DNA of 32,514 nucleotides from a virus (lineage: Duplodnaviria; Caudoviricetes). Within the stretch, counting starts at the first letter, position 1. Each line of letters begins with the position of its first letter. The position numbers and the translations under genes were made by a program. The DNA lies in IMG/VR virus record IMGVR_UViG_3300020043_002646, positions 1 to 32,514 of that record. One strand, given 5' to 3'. The notes under the pieces were generated by a model. It was not told the origin of the DNA. It searched no databases and saw only the letters and a program-made list of their open reading frames with translations. This document shows positions 25,647 through 32,514 of this stretch, one piece after another.

Positions 25647-27008
25647 CTAAACCTCTTTCTTTAGACTTGCGTTCATCTCCAATTGTCTCTGTAGTAGCGT
25701 TGATAGCTGGCCCTCGTCGTAAGTATCACGAGCCACGATGTCATAAATCTTTACAACATCTTTCTGGCCACGACGACGGATACGCTCAACAACCTGCTGG
25801 TTCATAAGGTTGCTATCTGAGTGAGATAGCCACACGATAGTCGAACATACATCTTGTAGTCCGTCTACACCTTCGGCAATAGCTGGGATAACCGCTACGA
25901 TATACTTTAGCTCACCAGCCAGAAAAGCCTGTTTAGCCTCTTCTCGTTGTTTCTGGCTCGCTTTACCAGACCATTCAAACGCAACCTGCTTGGTCTTGTT
26001 CAACCTGTCTGTGACGAGTCTAGCATACTTTTGACTATCTGTCAATAGCAACATAGCATCATTTGGATTATCTTCGATAATCTCTTGAAGCGCCTGATAC
26101 TTAGTAGACTTAGCGTCTTCCTCGAAGATAACTTCACCTTCATCGGTAATGCTAGGCACAGCTAAGGTCATCTGTCGCAGTCGAATACGAGCCGCGATAG
26201 GCACTTCAGCAACCATTGGGTTCTCGCCCAGCCAGACAACAAGGTCTCGCTGAAACTTCTCATAAATCTTTCGCTGTGCTGGCACTAGGTCTACATAGCG
26301 AGTCTCTTCGACAACCTCAAGATTGTGGTTAGTCTCAAGGCGAACATAGCAAGGTAGCGAGTTTACAAACGCACCTGAATTACGCTCACCAAGAATTTCA
26401 ACTTGGCTAAAAGGTGAGTAGCCGGTTCGACACCACTTCTCAACCCACTTCCAATATGACTTATCAATAATGTTAGTATCTTTCCACAGAAAGCGAGACA
26501 CAGCCCAGAAACCCTCAAAGCGGTTGCCAGACGGAGTTCCTGACATTGACAACTTGAAGCCAGCGTTCAGTGTCTTCAGCACCTTGAATGACTTACTGGC
26601 TCGGTTCTGAGCGAAGTGGCACTCATCAACTAACACAGCATCAGGCACAATCTTAGTCCAGTCTAGCGTTCTAAAATACTCACGACCGACGAAATACCAG
26701 CCAGACTTACCTGAGGCTAGTTCCTGATATGCTTCCTTGCCTTCCTTGCTTGAGTTGATACGAGAGATATCTGAGCCATACTCAGTCTGTCGCTGAATGG
26801 TATCCCACCAGCCCCAGTAGGTGTTTAGTGGGCCAATGATTAGGATAGTCTTAGCTCCCAGTCTCTTGACAACCTCGACACCCATAAGTGTCTTACCAGT
26901 TCCCATCAAACTTGCGTTCAAGGCAGAGCGAGTTGGTTCTGCTACGATACGAGCAACCGCTTTCTCTTGCTCTGTCTCTAGCGTTAGTTTAGATAGTTTT
27001 GGTCTCAA
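25647..27008 (-). CDS. SF2 (SNF2-like, DExH) DNA helicase
   Basis: MGTGKT, VDECH, SGTP, EGVDGLQ, QVVERIRRRGQ. Confidence 0.92.
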   Translation of the reverse strand: MRPKLSKLTLETEQEKAVARIVAEPTRSALNASLMGTGKTLMGVEVVKRLGAKTILIIGPLNTYWGWWDTIQRQTEYGSDISRINSSKEGKEAYQELASGKSGWYFVGREYFRTLDWTKIVPDAVLVDECHFAQNRASKSFKVLKTLNAGFKLSMSGTPSGNRFEGFWAVSRFLWKDTNIIDKSYWKWVEKWCRTGYSPFSQVEILGERNSGAFVNSLPCYVRLETNHNLEVVEETRYVDLVPAQRKIYEKFQRDLVVWLGENPMVAEVPIAARIRLRQMTLAVPSITDEGEVIFEEDAKSTKYQALQEIIEDNPNDAMLLLTDSQKYARLVTDRLNKTKQVAFEWSGKASQKQREEAKQAFLAGELKYIVAVIPAIAEGVDGLQDVCSTIVWLSHSDSNLMNQQVVERIRRRGQKDVVKIYDIVARDTYDEGQLSTLLQRQLEMNASLKKEV

Positions 27009-27250
27009 ATTAATCCTCCATAAGGGTCAGTGTCGTCGTCGTCAAAATGTTCGCTATAAAGCAGTTCTAGTCTGCGCTCGGCTTCTTGAAGGCTCTCAAG
27101 ATACTCCTTGCCGTTAGTTCGATTGCTACTAATCCAGACATCGCCACCAACATCAGCGCCCACATAAATACTGCTACCAGTGATGTCGCTAAAGTAATCA
27201 GCGACCGAAGCAGTTGCTTCCATAAGTTCTTCAAGTTCTTCATTATCCAC
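27005..27250 (-). CDS. Acidic hypothetical protein
   Basis: GTG start after GGAGGAGG. Confidence 0.65.
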   Translation of the reverse strand: MDNEELEELMEATASVADYFSDITGSSIYVGADVGGDVWISSNRTNGKEYLESLQEAERRLELLYSEHFDDDDTDPYGGLI

Positions 27251-27740
27251 GAACCTCCTCCAATACCTGCTCAACAAGTCCTAGACGATACATCTGAACC
27301 TGAATGAAACTGTCTCCGTCAATCTGTGTAAAGTTCTCACCGTCTTCATCAACTGTGAATAGACCCTCACCCGACAACTTCTGCTCACCTAGAGCGAAAG
27401 CCTTGATAGTGAAGCGGTCGGTGTCGTGAACCTCTACAAGCCACTCTGGGTGGTTTTCCATAGCCTCGACGAATGACTTGCTACTGCTGTTCTGTGCCTC
27501 CATTACAAGGCGTTTAGCTGTATAAGGGTCAGTCGAGCCATAGGCAATACCAATCTGTCGTGCTGAGTAGCCAGCAATCAGTGCGTCTCGCACAGCGTCA
27601 AGAACCTTAGAATGTTCTTCCTCGGTCTGCTCACGAACCCAATCACTAGCCTTGAGGCGAGCGTCAGCAATCGCAATCTTCTCGACCTTGCGAGAAAGGG
27701 TAATACTGTCAAGCAGTGCGCTATCTTTATGTTTCTTCAT
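27243..27740 (-). CDS. Hypothetical protein with possible HTH
   Basis: AVRDALIAGYSARQIGIAYG. Confidence 0.6.
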   Translation of the reverse strand: MKKHKDSALLDSITLSRKVEKIAIADARLKASDWVREQTEEEHSKVLDAVRDALIAGYSARQIGIAYGSTDPYTAKRLVMEAQNSSSKSFVEAMENHPEWLVEVHDTDRFTIKAFALGEQKLSGEGLFTVDEDGENFTQIDGDSFIQVQMYRLGLVEQVLEEVRG

Positions 27741-27742
27741 AT

Positions 27743-28093
27743 TTACTCCAATTCGTAGTCTGGTAAATGTTCTAGGTATGAGGCGATTATAGCAGGTGTA
27801 TCGCCTTCTGTCAAGTATTCAGCACCGACCCAGTTGTCATATTCTTCCCAACTCTCAAGGTCTTCGTCTAGCCACTCTTCGTTGTCAAGCAGGTAAGCAA
27901 CCTCTTCGTGATACTGAACCGTCATAGGGAATTTCACAGAGGTATATGATGAGGTGTCGCACTCGACATAGCGTAGCACTCCGGTCTCGGTGCTAGTGTG
28001 TGTCTGATACTTCTGGCGATAGGCATACAAGCCAATCTCGCCGTCTACTACATAAACATTGTAGTCATACTTGTCTAGGATATCTTTATTCAT
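27743..28093 (-). CDS. Acidic hypothetical early protein
   Basis: TAATG coupling, GGAGG RBS. Confidence 0.65.
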   Translation of the reverse strand: MNKDILDKYDYNVYVVDGEIGLYAYRQKYQTHTSTETGVLRYVECDTSSYTSVKFPMTVQYHEEVAYLLDNEEWLDEDLESWEEYDNWVGAEYLTEGDTPAIIASYLEHLPDYELE

Positions 28094-28290
28094 TACGCTC
28101 CCTCCATTACAAGTTCAAAGAATGTTGCCTCGGTGTAAGATAGTCTCTCAACCTGAACCTTAGTCAAGTGCTTGAATGTCTTTAGACCGCAAGTCTGATT
28201 GTTGAAGTGAGCCTCTTTAGCGCTCGACTTCGTTGTGTATACGCTGTGTAGTGTTGAGTCGCTGTTATTGTATAGCGCATAAACTGTCAT
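28093..28290 (-). CDS. Hypothetical early protein
   Basis: TAATG coupling at both ends. Confidence 0.65.
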   Translation of the reverse strand: MTVYALYNNSDSTLHSVYTTKSSAKEAHFNNQTCGLKTFKHLTKVQVERLSYTEATFFELVMEGA

Positions 28291-28466
28291 TAGTCCACCT
28301 GTCCGTAAGTGTAAATCTGTCTGTGTAGTGAGTTGTAAATCTCAGTGAGAGCCTTACACGCCTTGAAGTTGCCTAGCGTAGTGTAAGCGCTCTCTGCCTG
28401 TTTCAAGGCAGGGAATAGCAAGTCTACCTGTTTCTGAGTGAGTTCTACCTCGATTAGCTGAGACAT
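28290..28466 (-). CDS. Hypothetical early protein
   Basis: MSQLIEVEL... starts 1 nt after the upstream stop. Confidence 0.6.
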   Translation of the reverse strand: MSQLIEVELTQKQVDLLFPALKQAESAYTTLGNFKACKALTEIYNSLHRQIYTYGQVD

Positions 28467-28467
28467 T

Positions 28468-28995
28468 CTACCAGCTACTTGAGTAGCTGAAGTCAAAGCC
28501 ACCAAACTTAGGATTGGTCAGCAGGTTGTCTAGCGTGTCTAGCGTGTATTGAATGTTCTGGTAATACCACTCGTCATACTCGGTTGAGCCAAAGAAGAAA
28601 CCTTCGCCAGTCGGTAGGATATCTTCGGCAGTCGGCAACATCTCATCTGGATTAGCGTTCTGTCGGTCTCGCATATCAATAACCTCTCGACAACGGTCTC
28701 GCAATTCGATTAGGTCATCTCGGCTAACATAGTAGTCTCGGCAATTATCTTCGCCACCCTGAACATTGTTCACGAACCACTGGTGAATAGCATTAGCCTT
28801 GCGCCACTCTGCCACCTTGATTTCAAGACTGACATAAGGCATATCAACACTGATATCACTGCGGTCAAGCCCCACAGAGCCGATTGCTGTATCGTAGTTA
28901 GTGTCCTCCCATTCAGCAAAAGAACCGTCTGCGTTGCGTGTGTATTCATTACCCAAGATAGACTCGGTTGCGTAAAGCGCCATATCCAAACCCAT
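28468..28995 (-). CDS. Conserved phage protein (MGLDM...WRKANAIHQWF family)
   Basis: MGLDM, WRKANAIHQWFV, GFFFGSTEYDEWY, YSSSW; AAAGGAG RBS. Confidence 0.8.
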   Translation of the reverse strand: MGLDMALYATESILGNEYTRNADGSFAEWEDTNYDTAIGSVGLDRSDISVDMPYVSLEIKVAEWRKANAIHQWFVNNVQGGEDNCRDYYVSRDDLIELRDRCREVIDMRDRQNANPDEMLPTAEDILPTGEGFFFGSTEYDEWYYQNIQYTLDTLDNLLTNPKFGGFDFSYSSSW

Positions 28996-29037
28996 TATAA
29001 ATCTCCTTTGTTAGTGTGTTGCTGTGTGTGTAATAGT

Positions 29038-29066
29038 ATTATAGCACAATAGTTAGTGAATGTCAA
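29038..29066 (-). promoter_or_regulatory. Perfect early promoter TTGACA-17-TATAAT
   Basis: TTGACA ttcactaactattgtgc TATAAT. Confidence 0.9.
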
Positions 29067-29379
29067 GTTCCTGATACGGTTGATATTCTGGCAGGTTGCG
29101 AACCCAATTCTTGAAGCCGTCTGGCATACCTAAGTGGTTGAGCCACTCGCTTGAGCAATACCATTCGTCTACATTGAGGTCAGCTAAAATTTCGTAGTCG
29201 TTGTGTTTGATAATCCACTCGATATCTTCTTCTGTGAATTCGTAGCGGTCTACAATAATGTCGTTATCGGTGTTGAATTGTCCGTCTACATCTAGCCATA
29301 GGTGAAAGGCTCGGCATACTGGCACAGTGTCGCCATATCGCCAGTCGAATAGGAATTGGATATCATACTCGCTTGTCAT
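29053..29379 (-). CDS. Acidic hypothetical early protein
   Basis: TAATG-coupled start. Confidence 0.65.
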   Translation of the reverse strand: MTSEYDIQFLFDWRYGDTVPVCRAFHLWLDVDGQFNTDNDIIVDRYEFTEEDIEWIIKHNDYEILADLNVDEWYCSSEWLNHLGMPDGFKNWVRNLPEYQPYQELDIH

Positions 29380-29495
29380 TACACAATCCTATTCTCTAGT
29401 TCGTCAAGTGTTGGGTTATGAAAGTCGTAGGTTTCTCTCATTTCTGAGATTACTTCTAGAACCATATCAATTGCTTCGGCGTATCCCTCGTTCAT
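29379..29495 (-). CDS. 38-aa microprotein
   Basis: MNEGYAEAIDMVLEVISEMRETYDFHNPTLDELENRIV; TAATG at both ends. Confidence 0.6.
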   Translation of the reverse strand: MNEGYAEAIDMVLEVISEMRETYDFHNPTLDELENRIV

Positions 29496-29659
29496 TAGTA
29501 AGCCTCTCTCTGGTTGTCCCACGCTCTGTCGTCAAACATTGGGTCGTAGGTGTTGCGTTCGTGTGTTGCTTGGCAGTCTTCACATCTGCCAGTCTCAAGT
29601 CGCTCATAGTCGCCTCGTAGGCTCTCGTAGCAGTCTTGGCAGTTGTTGAATTCGCTCAT
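29495..29659 (-). CDS. 54-aa CxxC-CxxC microprotein
   Basis: MSEFNNCQDC...CEDC...; GAGGAG RBS; TAATG at both ends. Confidence 0.65.
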   Translation of the reverse strand: MSEFNNCQDCYESLRGDYERLETGRCEDCQATHERNTYDPMFDDRAWDNQREAY

Positions 29660-29940
29660 TAGATTGTCTCCTCTGTGATTACTCGTAGTTGAATATCTTT
29701 GCTTGGGTCGTGTGGTTTATTGGTCAAATAGTAGCCAATACGGTTTGCCAATTGATATCCGTTCACAATATAAATACCGTCATAACCGTCTACCTGTGTC
29801 CAGATATGCTCTTTCTTGTGCTGGATAACGAATTCTAATTCGTCTCCGTAGGTCTCGAATAATTGCGTTCCCTCTTGAAAGTGGTTTTCAATAGGCTCGT
29901 AAGCGTCAAAATCTTCATCTGTAATCTCGACTACGCTCAT
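29659..29940 (-). CDS. Conserved phage hypothetical protein
   Basis: FETYGDELEFV...IWT...NRIGYYLT; GAGGAG RBS. Confidence 0.7.
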   Translation of the reverse strand: MSVVEITDEDFDAYEPIENHFQEGTQLFETYGDELEFVIQHKKEHIWTQVDGYDGIYIVNGYQLANRIGYYLTNKPHDPSKDIQLRVITEETI

Positions 29941-30032
29941 TAGTTTAGCTCCTCTATCTCTTGGTCTCCACCGCATATTTCACAGAATGGTGAGCAGTCG
30001 AAACTGCCTTCGTGTTTAGGACACTCTATCAC
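29940..30032 (-). CDS. 30-aa Cys-rich microprotein
   Basis: MIECPKHEGSFDCSPFCEICGGDQEIEELN; GTGA and TAATG overlaps. Confidence 0.55.
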   Translation of the reverse strand: MIECPKHEGSFDCSPFCEICGGDQEIEELN

Positions 30033-30205
30033 AAATCCTCCTCAACTTCAACCATACTCCAGTTCGGGTTGTCCCACGATAGTTGCCCAAACTCGTGCTG
30101 TCCAAAGGTATCAAGAACATAGTTCAAGATATCTTCTGGCTGGTCAGTGTCGTCAGTAATCTCAATATCGAATGGAATGTATAGCGTTCCGGTGTAGCGC
30201 CTCAT
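30029..30205 (-). CDS. Small acidic hypothetical protein
   Basis: MRRYTGTLY... starts 1 nt after the upstream stop. Confidence 0.6.
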   Translation of the reverse strand: MRRYTGTLYIPFDIEITDDTDQPEDILNYVLDTFGQHEFGQLSWDNPNWSMVEVEEDL

Positions 30206-30206
30206 C

Positions 30207-30404
30207 TTAGTCTTCTCTCTGTGAATACTCATTACCGTCTTCATCTTGTCCCCAGAATTCGTCTCGGAATTCCACGCTCTCTGGTAGGCTCGACCAGTCT
30301 AGGTCATAGTCTTCGTAAGCCTTGATAACCGCTTCTTCAAAAGTGTCGGCTTCAATTGTAGTCTCATACCAAATCTCGGCTCGTTGTTGAATTCTGAATT
30401 CCAT
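30207..30404 (-). CDS. Small acidic hypothetical protein
   Basis: IEADTFEEA motif; GAGGAG RBS. Confidence 0.65.
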   Translation of the reverse strand: MEFRIQQRAEIWYETTIEADTFEEAVIKAYEDYDLDWSSLPESVEFRDEFWGQDEDGNEYSQRED

Positions 30405-30574
30405 TAGTTGCTCTCCTCGCTTGTCTCAATAACCTCTAGCATAAAGTTCAGTGCGTCATATTCGCCATTGTGATAATCTAGGTCTTCTTGACTTGTAGAC
30501 ATCTGTGCGTCTCGGTGCGCTCGGTCAATTTCAAACTTGATTGACTTGATAACCTGCTCGATTGTCATTGTCAT
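30404..30574 (-). CDS. 56-aa hypothetical protein
   Basis: MTMTIEQVIKSIKFEIDRAH...; TAATG at both ends. Confidence 0.6.
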   Translation of the reverse strand: MTMTIEQVIKSIKFEIDRAHRDAQMSTSQEDLDYHNGEYDALNFMLEVIETSEESN

Positions 30575-30726
30575 TAGATTGTCTCCTCTACTTCGATTGT
30601 GTATCCGTCATTTAGAATAGCATACTCAAGGTCATAACCCATTTTGCTTGCGAATATGTTGATTGCGTGATTGTAGTTTTTAGCTCGCACGATTACGGTG
30701 GCGTTCTTCTTTACATAAACGGTCAT
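30574..30726 (-). CDS. 50-aa hypothetical protein
   Basis: MTVYVKKNATVIVRAKNYNHAI...EETI; TAATG at both ends. Confidence 0.6.
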   Translation of the reverse strand: MTVYVKKNATVIVRAKNYNHAINIFASKMGYDLEYAILNDGYTIEVEETI

Positions 30727-31130
30727 TACTCGGTCTCCTCATCTTCGTCTTCTTCTTCGTATTCGTCATCACAGATACCATTACAGTAGGTCTCTCCACA
30801 GTCTCGGCACTCCTCGTCTTCTTCGTCTGAATAGAATTGTGGCACGATTGTGTGGAAACCAGCGTTCGGGTCTTCTTCGTTAGTCTCGACTGCCTCGATA
30901 AACCGCAACCCACAGGACTGCTCATACCAGCCCTTGATAATCTGAAGTAGTTGTGCCGGTGTGTGGTCATCTGCCGATAGCAAAGGGTCGTAGCCATACT
31001 CGGTCATCTTGGTCATCTGCTCATTATCCATTAGAACATAAATCTTGTGGCAGGTGTCCCACGCAATTCCCTTGGCTTCGTCAAGATACTGCTCTAGTTC
31101 AAAAGTATCAAAATCACCATAGTTGCTCAT
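30726..31130 (-). CDS. Acidic early protein with C-terminal Cys cluster
   Basis: IAWDTCHKIY, WYEQSCGLRFI, CRDCGETYCNGIC; AAGGAG RBS. Confidence 0.75.
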   Translation of the reverse strand: MSNYGDFDTFELEQYLDEAKGIAWDTCHKIYVLMDNEQMTKMTEYGYDPLLSADDHTPAQLLQIIKGWYEQSCGLRFIEAVETNEEDPNAGFHTIVPQFYSDEEDEECRDCGETYCNGICDDEYEEEDEDEETE

Positions 31131-31165
31131 TGTAATCTCCTTGTGTGTTTGTTTGTTATGAGTTG

Positions 31166-31194
31166 ATTATAGCAGGTTATTTAGTGATTGTCAA
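31166..31194 (-). promoter_or_regulatory. Perfect early promoter TTGACA-17-TATAAT
   Basis: TTGACA atcactaaataacctgc TATAAT. Confidence 0.9.
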
Positions 31195-31722
31195 GTTGAA
31201 GTCTGAAATATATGCCTCAAGGTCTTCTTCGCTCTCGACAATACAGGCGCTTAGGCTGTCTACGGTCTCCCATTGAGAGATTGTGTTGCTTGGGTCGGTG
31301 TTGCTCGTGTAGGTCTCTAGTCGCTCGTGGTGAACGGTGAAGATATCGCCCTTGAACCACGCCTGAAGTGTGCTGTCGCTGTCTTTGTCTAGCACCCAGT
31401 CATCATCTGAATAGATAAACACTTCTGCCCAGTCGCCTTGTGAATAGCCTTGTAGGGTTATCTTGCGATAGTGCTTGTTTGAGATAGTAAGATACTTACC
31501 GATTGCGCTCTCGTGTTGCCAGTTGCTCGTGTTGCGTGTCAGTCGGTCTAGGTCTTCGGTTAGCTCGCCACCTTTGATATCGCCCATAAAGTGTGCCTTG
31601 CGTAGCGTGTAAACTCCCATACTGTCGCCTACAAAATCCTCGTAAGCATATCCATATCCGTCATAATAAGCGCTAATACGGTTGCTGTCATCAACTTGTA
31701 GCATTAGGTCTGGCTGTGTCAT
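31177..31722 (-). CDS. Hypothetical early protein
   Basis: GYSQGDWAEV motif; AGGAG RBS. Confidence 0.75.
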   Translation of the reverse strand: MTQPDLMLQVDDSNRISAYYDGYGYAYEDFVGDSMGVYTLRKAHFMGDIKGGELTEDLDRLTRNTSNWQHESAIGKYLTISNKHYRKITLQGYSQGDWAEVFIYSDDDWVLDKDSDSTLQAWFKGDIFTVHHERLETYTSNTDPSNTISQWETVDSLSACIVESEEDLEAYISDFNLTITK

Positions 31723-31763
31723 CTTAGTCTCCTGAGTTTGTGTGTGTCTTGCGTTATGTTTAT

Positions 31764-31792
31764 ATTATAGCAGGTTATTGCTTGGTTGTCAA
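31764..31792 (-). promoter_or_regulatory. Perfect early promoter TTGACA-17-TATAAT
   Basis: TTGACA accaagcaataacctgc TATAAT. Confidence 0.9.
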
Positions 31793-31876
31793 GTTGTTTG
31801 AGCCACAACTTATACAGAAACTTATTCTAGTTATGAACGGTGAGTGCTTATGGTGGCAGTCTTTACAGAATATCAT
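31775..31876 (-). CDS. 33-aa zinc-ribbon microprotein
   Basis: MIFCKDCHHKHSPFITRISFCISCGSNNLTTKQ; ATGA overlap. Confidence 0.55.
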   Translation of the reverse strand: MIFCKDCHHKHSPFITRISFCISCGSNNLTTKQ

Positions 31877-32109
31877 CTTACTCTCAATTCTTCTTGAAGT
31901 AGTCGCATTAGTTTGCGCTGTTTGGTAATCGGCTTGCGCTGTGAGACAACTTGCTCTCGTAGATTGTAGAGATTATCTAGTGTCTCTTGCTCTCGCTCAT
32001 TACGGTAGCGATAGGTGCTTAGGTCATCTATATATCCGTCTAGTGCCATCTCAAGGTCTACTAGCGCCTCGAATGAATTGACGGTGATTGTGAATGGTGA
32101 GTTAGTCAT
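31873..32109 (-). CDS. Hypothetical early protein
   Basis: 78-aa helical ORF tiling with neighbours. Confidence 0.6.
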   Translation of the reverse strand: MTNSPFTITVNSFEALVDLEMALDGYIDDLSTYRYRNEREQETLDNLYNLREQVVSQRKPITKQRKLMRLLQEELRVR

Positions 32110-32111
32110 TT

Positions 32112-32216
32112 TTACTTGCTCGTTCCGTATAGGGCTTTGGTTTTGCGGGCTTGCTTGATTGTGAGGTCTCGTGCTTTTGCGGTTGCTGTGCGCTTTGAGT
32201 CTGCGTGTTTTGCCAT
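32112..32216 (-). CDS. 34-aa basic microprotein
   Basis: MAKHADSKRTATAKARDLTIKQARKTKALYGTSK; AGGAG RBS. Confidence 0.6.
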   Translation of the reverse strand: MAKHADSKRTATAKARDLTIKQARKTKALYGTSK

Positions 32217-32231
32217 TATGGTCTCCTATGG

Positions 32232-32513
32232 TTAGTTGGTGCTAGTGCGTAGTGGCTGAAGTAGAACGGTCAGATTAGCTCGCTTGAAGATAATCGGCTT
32301 CTTGTCGCCAGTGGTTGTGATATCAAACTTTGGCTCTGGCTTGCTCTTAGCGTCTAGGCTTGAGGTGAGTTTGCTAATTCGATTGATAAACGCCAGATTG
32401 AGGCTGAATGTAGGCGTGGCGATAGGCTCTTGCGATAGTGCCGTCTCTAGCATTGGCACGATATCAGGGTAGCCGATAGGCGATAACGGTGAGAATGTGC
32501 TTGTAGAGTTGTC
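32232..32513 (-). CDS. Partial CDS, possible beta-clamp-like protein C-terminus
   Basis: Frame open to the window edge; GYPD..., FSLNLAFI, KKPIIF, VLLQPLR. Confidence 0.4.
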   Translation of the reverse strand, partial: DNSTSTFSPLSPIGYPDIVPMLETALSQEPIATPTFSLNLAFINRISKLTSSLDAKSKPEPKFDITTTGDKKPIIFKRANLTVLLQPLRTSTN

Positions 32514-32514
32514 G

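Overview
The window is a contiguous segment of a long-tailed (siphovirus-type) dsDNA phage of an Actinobacterial host, judged from the WhiB gene, thyX and the M23-LysM lysin. The + strand (1-15164) carries the late tail and lysis module: tail terminator, an internally duplicated major tail protein, G/GT chaperones with a -1 frameshift, tape measure, minor tail/fibre proteins, endolysin, a PA14 surface protein and holin-like genes. A bidirectional terminator at ~15200 separates it from a - strand arm. That arm holds thyX, dUTPase, a DEDD exonuclease, a RuvC-like resolvase, primase-helicase, an ncRNA cluster with tRNA-Asn, an SSB/AAA-ATPase/PD-(D/E)XK recombination trio, WhiB, an SF2 helicase and many small early genes behind perfect TTGACA-17-TATAAT promoters. 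The most striking observation is a 75-nt tRNA-shaped RNA (21796-21870, -). Its anticodon-like loop is an anti-Shine-Dalgarno plus (UG)n tract complementary to the leaders of all three promoter-proximal early genes, suggesting a tRNA-scaffolded antisense early-gene shut-off system. Product calls come from recognised motifs and synteny only; no database searches were run.
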